NCBI GenBank assembly: GCA_002189035.1
Contig: CM007989.1
Location: forward strand, 6,882,001-6,946,000
Direction: 5' to 3'
Source: Utricularia gibba
Taxonomy: Eukaryota; Plantae; Magnoliophyta
DNA: 64,000 nt
Positions 13,816 through 24,644 of this stretch are shown piece by piece; the stretch's first letter is position 1, and each line of letters begins with the position of its first letter. The notes under the pieces are model-generated. The model ran no database searches and was not told the origin of the DNA. It worked only from the letters and a program-made list of their open reading frames with translations. Position numbers and translations under genes: made by a program.

Positions 13816-14850
13816 TTCCGTTTCTAAATAACCAGAAAAGCCGAAAGCGAATTCCAGATTCGGCTCCTTCTTCTTCCACAGGCTCCAGCTGTCTTCCAAG
13901 TGTGGTTTAACTTTAGTTTATTTTTCTTTAATTTTTCTTAATTAGTTTCGGGATCTTGCAAATTCCGGGTCAACACGGTTTACTCATCGGTCCACGCACA
14001 AAGTTTGATTTTTCTCTTACTTTAATATTTCACCGAGAAAATTCACACCCTAATTTCTTCTTCATCTTATTTTTGAGAATTCAAAAAAAGAAATTTTAAT
14101 AAATAATTCTAATAAAACACGAATTGAATTTCAATTTCATATTTCTATATTTTTAAAACAAAGTATTTTATAGCCTTTTAATTTAAAAATAAAATAATTC
14201 ATATTTAAAAAACTCAATCCATATGTTTAAAAATTTAAAAATATTTCGATTTTTAATTTATGAATTGACATTCTTATTATTTGAAGAGTGATTAGATATT
14301 TTATTACAATCGATCTTTTGTCATCATTTTCATTATTGCAACGGAAATTCTAAAATTATTTTTATAAAAATTGTAAATGAATGAAATATTACTATTATTT
14401 TTAACATTGTAATTAATTATTATTAGATCTCCTTAATTATTTTTCAATTAATTTTACATTTTATATAAAAAAGTTATTTTACACCGAAAGGGATCTAATC
14501 TACTCACGATGCTTTGGATTGAATTCTAGAGGAGAATGACTAAGCTGATATATCATATTAAATATTAAAATATTATGTATTTAAAATATATTTGATACTA
14601 TCAGAATTTTTTTCATGATACGTGCAACACAGATTTTGACATATTTCGTTTTTATTTACAAAAATTACTGTAATTTCATATTTATATATAAATGTTTTTA
14701 CTGTAAACTCATTGCAATTTCATGTTTATTGGACACAATAATTCCAATGTGTGGATCTTGAGCAGCTTTATGTAACTGGAGATTTCTTGTGCTTAACTGG
14801 ACACCTGCAGCAGCCTCTTAGGATGGCAAGCGTACCTATGGCGCCTGGGT

Positions 14851-17588
14851 TTAAGCAAAGATGTAAACCTCATCAAATCCCTTCCTGTAAAAATGGCAAA
14901 CACAAGTCTGGATGATGCATCAAGAATGGGAAGTCCTTCACAGTTTACACCACGTTGATCAAAGGCATTTACATTGTATCGTGCCAATCACAACATTGAA
15001 AGAGCATATTTAAGCAAGCTGAGGTGAAGGAAGACGCACCCGGCTGTGCCGCAGTATGTGGGACTGTGATTGTATATGAGATTGTTGAGAACTTCCCTTG
15101 GAGGAGGCCTGTTCTTGGAGAGTCTTGCCTCCCTGACGAATTGGGTGGATGGAAATGAGATGCTGTGCACTTAGGGCTCAGCTGAGCTAGCTAAACATGG
15201 TAAGAAATCACAGAGAAAAATGAAGGGCACTGGGGAGTTTTAAGGCTTAGATGTTACCGCACAAAAAAGTTGGCGACATGCTGAGTGACTTGAACTGCAT
15301 CTTCCGAGTGTGGGATTCCTGATAAGCCCCATTCAAAGGCATTTTTCTGGAGTAGAAAAGAGCAAGCATCCTCAAAAAATTGTACGAAACTCACGTTCCG
15401 TTAAAAGTGCAAAGCCAATGCACCAGATCTAAGATAAGTTGGAAATATGCTTATTCTACACCAAAACATGTTAAAAAAAAGATGGACAGTTACGGAATGC
15501 GAAAATTTCACTTCTCGAATTTGCATCTGCAAAATGCATGCTGAGATATATCAAATCAGGCTGTGGGACCATGTTAAGAGGACGCAATGCAAATCTGCTA
15601 TATGTGTCAACAAGAATATTATACCTCTGGGTGCCACTGTACTGCAGTCACTGGATATCTATGCGCCTGAGCAGTTGAAACATAGACCTGAACAAAACAT
15701 TAACCAGTAGGAAATGGAATCACAGCAAATTCAAAAGTGATGTTGAATTCAAATAGAAGTTAAAGAAAATATTCGATCATGTTTCAACATACTTTATTAT
15801 CAGCATCGGCACTAGTAGTTAAGATTTTAAAGAAACCACTCAATTTCTCGTTCTTCAAGAGCTTCTCGGGAGATACCCCATACTGCCAGCATAAACAAAA
15901 ACTTCGGTTGTACAGATGGAAATTGGTTGTGCACCTTAGACTCATCAGGAGTATTTACCTGATGGTTTTGCATCACAAGGCATTCTTTACTCAGTTTGTT
16001 CAACAGATCTTGAGGAAACCTACAATTCATGCAGTAAATTTGAAAAAACATCTGCTTATTTAAGACGGGTTCTGTGCAACAAAATATTTTATGAGAATGT
16101 AACCATAATATATTCAGATTTCAATTTCTTGAATCCCCAAGTCAACCTAATCAATAAACTTTGAACTTATAACATGTACGAATTGTTGAAATATTCAAAA
16201 TCCGCTTGTGGTTTTATTATACACAGAAGTGCACAGTCACAGTTACTTCATTGAGGTGAAACTATTACCTCTGGAACAGAGTCCCATTTAAATGAAGGTT
16301 TTCAACAAATTGAAGCGTAGAGGCTTGATCTATTGCACTAAACTCCTCCAAAATGTTACGGTCCTGCAATATTAAACAACGCAATATAAAAGCAGCATCC
16401 AGACAAATGTAACCAATAGGCAAAAAGGTTCACTGAGCAAACATCATCGTTTAAATGCTTATTACTTCTTAAATTCACCACTGTGGTCTCATTACATTGG
16501 AAAACTGTTCTCACAATCAGGAAAACTTCTAAATGTAGCCAATGCTCCATTGAAGCTAACCTCACTGACAATCATAGCCAACAGTTCAAAACCCAAGCAG
16601 ATGGCAAGCACAGGAAAATGATCCCCAGCCTCATTCTTCTGGAGACTGGTCTGCAGAAGCCAGTTAAAGATATTGAGGAAGTTCAGGGTTTCATGCTCAA
16701 AATAACTTGAAAAGAAGAATGATTGCCAGCACTTAATTTTCAGAGTAACAGACGCAATTTACAAATAACCATTAATGAATTTTTATAACCGAGGCAGCCA
16801 TCTGTTGTCAAACAGCTGATATACATTTGAGTTTGCAGTTCTCCTCTAAAAAATAAGGTTAAGTCTCCCTGGTAGTCAGCGGATAATCTGATAGCTAGTG
16901 GGGGCACTTCAACATCAAGAGACATTCGACACCACAGCATCATAAGCTGAAGAGGCTAACAAGAACGAGAAATTTTACCTTAAAAACTGATTCAACCACA
17001 TCAGTATAGAGTCCTCGTTTAGCCCACCCTCCAGTAAAAATCACACCATTAACCAAATTCAGTTTCTGAAACAAGGCTATCTTAATCAGTTCTCGAGTGC
17101 AAACGCATATTCCAGTAATAAAAAACAGCACTTAAGTCATGATTTTGGGATGAAAACTTGATCAGAATAAACTAGATGCATCAGTTACAGCCAACTTTTA
17201 TTTGAGAAGAAAGGAAGTGGTAATCCAGGAAGAATCACAAATAGCAGGAGCTCACTTCATGAAGGATCTCCGGAGGCTCATTATAGATTAGAGGAATAAC
17301 TCTCGCCCCAGCCGATTCAACAAACTTAACATACGACGCTGCGATGTACGACGCGTTAATGGCGTCGTTAAGGCGGCCTGAGGCACCGTCCCCTGGATGG
17401 CTAACGATTCCAATCACAGGGCGGTGATTGATGCTGGGGTCCTCCGCGGGGCACCTGGGAATCGAAAGAAACGCATCCGTCTCACTAGGCAAAAGAAGCG
17501 GCTCTACAGTAGAAAGAACACCGAGAGGGGAGGCAGTTATCTCCTCAGAAAGAGCGATCAGCATAGAAATGAAGAGACAATTCAGCAT
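14851..17588 (-). CDS. GGH: Gamma-glutamyl hydrolase (folylpolyglutamate hydrolase), ~10 exons: 17588-17256, 17065-16979, 16650-16561, 16363-16269, 16019-15959, 15882-15793, 15687-15625, 15346-15258, 15132-15040, 14884-14851
   Basis: Signal-peptide-like MLNCLFISMLIALS, then RPVIGIVSHPGDGASGR, ASYVKFVESAGARVIPL, GVIFTGGWAK, catalytic AICLGFE and QWHPEKNAFEWG; ends FDEVYIFA*. Confidence 0.95.
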
Positions 17589-18078
17589 GTCGGAAGAGGA
17601 GTGAGCAGCGTCGGGAATAAATACGGGAAGAGGAGGAGACGAGCTATCTGACGCCGGCGGCTTAGGGGAGGCGGAGACAGTCGACGGCAAGAGTGAGTGC
17701 GGGGCCCTCAGAGTGCAGCGGCAGCTTTGACATGGGATACGGCGGCCGGAGGCGCCGAGGGAATGCGATGGCTCCGAGCTCCGAGTATCTCCCGTTCAGG
17801 TGGAACAAGCATTTAACGACCTCAGACGGTCCGGGTCGGGTATAGCATTTGCGTGCACGCCACGTGGTCCCGATTCTCAGATTAGGTTAACCCTTCCATC
17901 AAAATAAGAAAGATTTGGTACTGCATTTGTTTTGTTGTGTCACATCCTCCATGGAATTCCTGCGCAGAGCTCGGCGTCAAGAGTGTTCCTGTGACTGCAT
18001 CAGCGTTCCGTTTTCCTGCGAGTGCATACGCCGGCGGTTTCTCGTATATCCAAAATACGTGTCGTGAAGCATGTTGCT

Positions 18079-18174
18079 CTACAAAATTCGCTGGAGTTCT
18101 CATACGCAGGGCTGGAAACTGCAACCAACAACTTATGCAATGAAGATAAGATCGCTCAAGGAGGATTTGGTGCA
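18079..18174 (+). pseudogene. Isolated fragment of a receptor-like kinase juxtamembrane/subdomain I (CRK/DUF26- or SD-RLK-like)
   Basis: Translates LQNSLEFSYAGLETATNNLCNEDKIAQGGFGA, matching the family motif SLQFxxxxLxAATNNFSxxNKIGQGGFG. No further kinase subdomains were found nearby. Confidence 0.65.
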
Positions 18175-18229
18175 ATGCCCTGCGCATAACTCTGATTCGA
18201 GGCAACCGCATACTGTTTAATTAAAATTA

Positions 18230-21200
18230 CTATGCAAATCTTGTATGAATTTCTTTTTCATGATGATGATATTTGATACAAACTATAAAATGAAACATAT
18301 TTAACTTAGTATAATTTTGGGTGATCATTTAGGAATCTATAATGTAAAAAACATAAAATTATGAGAATTGAATATTCTAAATAAACAATATCGGTATAAA
18401 TGGTATTGACATTTGTAGATAATTTTAGATAAATTCAATAGATTATACAATTGATTTGAATAATATTCATTTAATCAAACTAGTGAGGGTAAATTTCATT
18501 TAACGAATATTGCACTATAAACATTAGGTTTTGTTAATTAAATAAAAAATATTATACTAAGAAAAATAAAAGTTATTTCTAAGAACCTTGTGAGAATTTG
18601 TAAATTACATTTTAAAATGTAGTTATTTTCGAATATTCACAATAAACATTAGATACTTGAAAATTATATATTAAGAAGAATGAAAGTTGATTGCAAATAA
18701 CACTTGCAATTATAAATAAAATATTAAAGACAATTATTTTTTATATACATACGACAAATCCCATAAATTTAATGAAATATCTGTGTCAGAAAAGTTTTTT
18801 GTTAAAATGATTGTTGTTTTTTCTTATTCATTAAACTAACTATTATTGATTTTATTATTTTGGACATACCTATTATTTTGAATATATTGTTATAATACAT
18901 GTTGTTTTTATTTTATTGAAATATATAATATGACACATTAAAATATATTAGTTTATCTCTAATACTATGAATTATTACTATCAAAAAAATATTGAAACAT
19001 ATTAATTTTATTGACAAAGAAAAAATTAATGATTAAACACTAAAAATGTAGAATTATAATATAAATCATAAATTGACATTAATACAAAAGATTTTATTTT
19101 CTCAATCTTATCATATTTTTGTTCATTCCATACCAATACAATAAAGAAATTATATTTTTAAAATCTGTATATTTTAACATGATAAAAATTATTCACATTC
19201 AACATACTTTTATAAATCCAAATATTCTCTAATTCAATAAACAATTAATCCAATATGGCACAAATTTCAAAATATTTTATCAAATACATTTGCATTAAAA
19301 AATTACAGGTTTCTAAAAAAATTAAATTGAAAATGTTTAAAAAAATTTTTCAATTAAAATCTTTCGATTTTTTTAAAAAATTACAGTTATATTTAATTAT
19401 AACATTGTTATGTCAAAAAGATAATTACAAAATTATGTATTTATTATTTTAAATAAAAATAACATAAGTATTCTTATAAATAACAAAAAAATAATAAAAT
19501 ACATATATTTGTGTAGTGATATAAAAAATAGCAGACACTTTGATAATTTTTTTATCTCACACATTCATATTAACATAACCACCCAACTCCACACTACTAG
19601 AGAAAATTCGTGTAATATTCCAATTTTTTCTTAATCTGTAATTTAGTACATGATTATTTTTTATTTCCTAATATCTAATTAATCATAAAATCATTATCTA
19701 TAATGTACAAACAGATTTATGGATTTATAAAATACAAATACATTCATATTTTTTGCAAAAAATTATTTACGGAAAATACATTTAATGTCTAATAAAAAAA
19801 TATTATAATTAGCTATAATGCAAATAGAAAAATAAGAACTAATTATTGAAAACAACAAATCAATTAAAAAAATCCAATACTACAAAACTGCAAGTATTTT
19901 AATAATAAATAATTTATATAAAAAAGATGAAATACAAGTAGTTTAACAATAATAACAAAACAATATGTATTTTCATAAAAACTTTTTGTGATACAGGTAG
20001 TTAAGTAAATTGGTCTAAATATCATTAAAATATATTAATTTACCTCTACTTTTATGAATTATTGTTAACAAAAAAATACTGAAGTAAATTAATTTATTAA
20101 CAAAGAAAAAATAATGATTAAAAAATAAATATCAACAATTATAATATAAATCATGAATTGAGATTAATACTAAAAACTTATCTTTCTCAATCTGATAATA
20201 TTTATGTTCACTTGATACCAATAAAATAAAAAATTTAAATTTATAAAAATTTTATACTTTAATAAAATAAAAATTATTGACATTCAAAACATTTTTATAA
20301 ATCAAAATATTATCAAACTCAATGAACAATGAAGCCAATAAGCCACAAATTTCGTAACATTACAATTTACTTGCTATGTTTTTAATACATTTTTTAATAA
20401 ACAAACAACAAACGTAAATATATAATTATAATATTTAGTAAAATTTTTTAAATTTTTATGAATTAAATACAAATATTAACTAAATATATTTCAAATTTGA
20501 CTTCAATTAAAATATTTCAATTTAAACAAAACTCTAGGTATTTTTAATAATAATGAATTCATATAAAATGAATCAAAAATTTAATATTATAACTATATCA
20601 TAAACTTTAATATAAACCTAATTTAGTATCAATAATAAAGACTTATCAATCTAAATTTGATCATATTTATACTCATTGCTATCAATAATACAAAAATTCG
20701 TATTATTAAAAGTTAAATTTTTAAAAACAAAAATTTGTGGCTAAAAAGCATTTGGACTCAAAATATCTAAATAAATCAAAATGTTATTGATTTATAATCA
20801 CAAATGATATTGATATTTCAATATGTAGTCTAAAATGAATCAAAAAGTAAGAAAATATCTAAAAAAACTTCCATAAAAGAATATGATGAATCAATGATAA
20901 CAAACAAATATTTTTCAACAATTCTCATCTTTCATTTCTCTTCCAATAACCAAAGTTTGCTTGAAATTGTATTATGGTGATCAAATTTTAAGAGATACTA
21001 ATGGTATCTTCTACTATGATAGAGATTCATATGGTTTTATTGAAGTGAAATGTTCTATATCATTGAAGAAACTGTTAGATATTATTGAAGTTGAACATGA
21101 TATTATTATTCATTCATATAACTATGAAATTAGGACCAAGTTTATTGATAAAGCAGTTGGAATAATGAATGAAATTATAATTGATGATTTATCGACAATT

Positions 21201-24200
21201 CGATATTTATTCAATCCAAATAACTCAACTTTTGGTGTTGATTTATATATTTCAAAAATATCGAATGATGGTGAAGCCACTATAAGCCAAATAGGTGAGA
21301 AATTTTTTTAAAAATTTTTTCTCGATAATCTTCCAGTTAATTTTATAATATTCACGTAAAGTACTCACACAATATCCTACAATTGATGATTTTGTCAATG
21401 TATTTACAAATTCGCACTATGCATTTGAGGAAAACAACAATTATACACAGAATAATGATGATGTAGTCTACCAATATTTTGGTATACTTTGTTTAATAAT
21501 TTTGTTATATATTCTATTTAATATGCAAGTTTAAATTATTATCAATTGAATTATTTAATAGATTTTTCATGTTCATTTAAATGAATATTATTTATTTATT
21601 TATTAGAATTATCTCATTATTTATTTATTTATTTTTGAATTTATGTAATCACTTATATTATATTTTTTTGAGATTACATAATGTTTATTCATTTAAGTTC
21701 TTGAATCATTCATTAATATTTATAAATCTAAATTTTTCAGGTATACATTATAAAAATATATGTCATATCGAAAATAAGATCATATACCAGATATTGTTTA
21801 TGCATATAAAGAAGTTGAGTTTCCCGACGAACCACTACCTAAGAAGACGAATAACATACTGTATCATTATATGAGAATAATACAGAAATTGAATATTGTT
21901 ATGTTGAAGCCAATGAATCTGGTCCTCAACTTAATTATTATCATGAAAATCATCAACAACTACAAGTTGGAATGCATTTTACGGAGAGACAGGAGATCAT
22001 CAATGCTATAGCACATTATAATATCATTGTTGCTAAAAGGGAATACCATACAATGCACAATGATAAAATATAAGCAATATTCTAACTGTCCTTATTATTG
22101 TAACGTTAGATTTCAACGTCAATCAAAGACTTGGAAAGTTATGAAAATTATAGAGCGTCACACTTGTGAAGTCACACCAAATCTTACAACATTTCATCGC
22201 AATTTAACAAAGCCGAGAATTGCTCCTAAATTGATGAATCATCTATATGGAAAATTAATAGCAAAGGATATTATTGCAATAACAAAAGAACATTAGGAGT
22301 ATGATATTCCATATTGGCAAGCTTGGTCAAATTTGTATAAAGCATATGAGCTATGGTATGGAACATAGGAAGACTCATTATCTAAACTTCTAAGTTATCT
22401 AGAGGAGGTTTGTCGAACGAATCCTGAAACGATAGTGACATGGGATAGTTTGGGTAGATGAGAATGAAAATTATATATTCCTCTTATTGTATATCAGTAT
22501 TATGCATTGATGTTACGCATTTATATGGTATCTATGATTACAAGTTATTGGTTGTTGTTGTAGTTGATGCTAATAATTGTGTATGTCTAATCACATACGC
22601 TTTTGTACCAAGTGAAGTAGATGAAGATTTGGTATTTTTATGAAACAATTAGATATATATGTGATACGTGGGAGGCAATGAGTATGTCTAATAGATTTTG
22701 CACATTTTGCACATTTTATATACAAAAAAATTGTATGGTTCATACTGAATGCAAAACAAAAGGTTTAGGTGAGATTATTCGAAGATCATCATATACAAAA
22801 ACACGAATAGATTTTGAAGATGCCATGAAAGTATAAAAGAGTGAAAATTTGAAGGCATTTAAGTATATGAAAGCAATCTCATTGAATCAATAGACTTTAT
22901 TATATGACAATGACCATTGGTAAGTTACATTTATGTTCTTCTATTTAGTTTTCTTTCGGAGTATAAGCCTTACTCAACAATTGAAGGGATGTATACTATC
23001 ATGACTACAAATCATGTGGAGGCGCTCAACAAAGCATTGCGTGAAGCTCGTCGGTTGTCACCAATGAAAATTGCAAATGTAATACTATTATCCATAGTTT
23101 AATTACATGCAGATTATGACACTAATAAATTACATTTAGGTTACCTTTGAGAAATGTAGAGAATATTTCAAGCGATATAGGATAGCTATCAATGCTAGAC
23201 TAGCGAAAGGAATCTCATTTGGGAAACAAATTCAAAATAAGTATAATGCATCATCCAAATTACTAACTCAACTCAATTGTATTGTGTACAATTCTTTTGA
23301 ACAAGAGGTTGGAATCGCATTCAAGATAAGAAATGTGATAGAGTCTTATGAGGTTAATGTGAAAAAACATGTGATTGTAGAGTTTGGCAATGCAATCACT
23401 ATTTGTGTTGTCATACTCAAAAACTAAACTAAAATGAAATATATATGTTATACTATTACGATTTCACAACTAATTATCATTTTTTTGTTGGCTTGTCATC
23501 AATTTCGAGTGAATTCAAAAAACAAAGTAAGTGACTACTATCGATCTCATTATCTTGTTAATACATATAATAGTGAAGTTCATCATGTTCGAGATGAGCG
23601 GAAATGGAGACCATCACCTTTTCATCTATTGGTTGATCCATCATGACACAGAGCAAATAAAAGAGGATCAACTCAAAAAACATGGCTGAAGGGCATAATT
23701 GATTTTCAAAGAAGAGGAAAACATCATCATCATCAACAAACAAGGGAAGATCCAATTCTATTAATGCTAACTACATTATATCTATACTAGATGAACAATT
23801 TGATATCTATTCTACACCAAAGCCACCATCAAGAAGAGATTCAATATTGTTATTTCTATTGATCATTGCTTCAAGTTCAAGGTTAAGACACTTGTCGTAT
23901 AACAGAAACTGTTGGAATCCAAATGAAAATTCAGCATATATAGCTCCAAGATATATAGTTCCAATATCTCTTATCATCAATGGATATACCTCAACCAAGA
24001 CAATAAGGAAGCAAATCAAAATCATTGGTTAGTAAATTTTTTCGAAACTTGCTTCCACCAGGAAAAAATGAAATTATGTGTATAATTTTTATTTCAAAGT
24101 GAAGTGTATTCATTTTAAATAAATAATTATATTTTTAGATTTATGTTTTCATGTTACATCAATCTTTTAGTTAATGCATAAATCATAATATTAAAAGATA

Positions 24201-24250
24201 ATTTGTTATTTATTAAATCAACCATTCTGAAATATTCAACATAATTTGAG
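18230..24250 (+). mobile_element. Degenerate Mutator-like (MULE/MuDR) DNA transposon; transposase remnants ~20960-23650; boundaries approximate
   Basis: Stop- and frameshift-broken fragments: an N-terminal LYYGDQI...ISL block, MuDR-type LQVGMHF and WKVMKIIERHTC, DIPYWQAW, the DDE region CIDVTHLYGIYDYKLLVVVVVDANNC, MTTNHVEALN, and a SWIM-like Cys/His remnant ~23350-23415. Extremely AT-rich and CG-depleted. Confidence 0.85.
18940..20370. repeat. Diverged direct repeat of ~350 bp (18940-19290 vs 20026-20370) in the AT-rich left part of the MULE
   Basis: Shared strings such as AAAGAAAAAA(T)TAATGATTAAA, ATTATAATATAAATCAT, TTCTCAATCT, AAAATTATT.ACATTCAA and TTTTTATAAATC.AAATATT at an offset of ~1085 bp. 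Confidence 0.75.
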
Positions 24251-24644
24251 ACTATTAAATAATAAATGCGTGGGGTTTGAAATATTAATTTATTCTAAAA
24301 GAGGTATGTAAGTAAACACATGGGTTTTTTTTTTTAATTGCCGGTAGATATTTCTTAAATGAACACCGATCACTAACTACCACACATTGGGGGGTAGGAG
24401 GAGCAAGGAAGCATGTGCGTGCGTGCCCCTTTCTGGTGCCTGTTGGACAACGACCCGTCGCGATCGGGCCCGGCGGCGGCGGGTTTGCAAGAGGTGGATC
24501 CAAAAGGGAGGTCACAGCACCTATAATTGACGTCATCGAAGAATTGGTCATGGTTTGGTGATGGTTGACGGAGTCCATAAGTATTCCAAGAGCTGAAGCG
24601 ACGCGAGTATTAGGTGAGTGATCTGAGAGGAAGGAGGGGGATCC

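Noticed and set aside
13376-13831. 151-aa plus-strand ORF, and similar antisense ORFs over the NLR, NCED, KEG and RING-WD40 genes
   Set aside because: These are shadows of GC-richer coding exons on the opposite strand, with no recognisable domains.
23807-24025. Convergent minus-strand ORF at the MULE 3' end (possible mudrB/Ulp1-type second gene)
   Set aside because: No Ulp1 catalytic or other family motif was recognisable; it is treated as part of the element.
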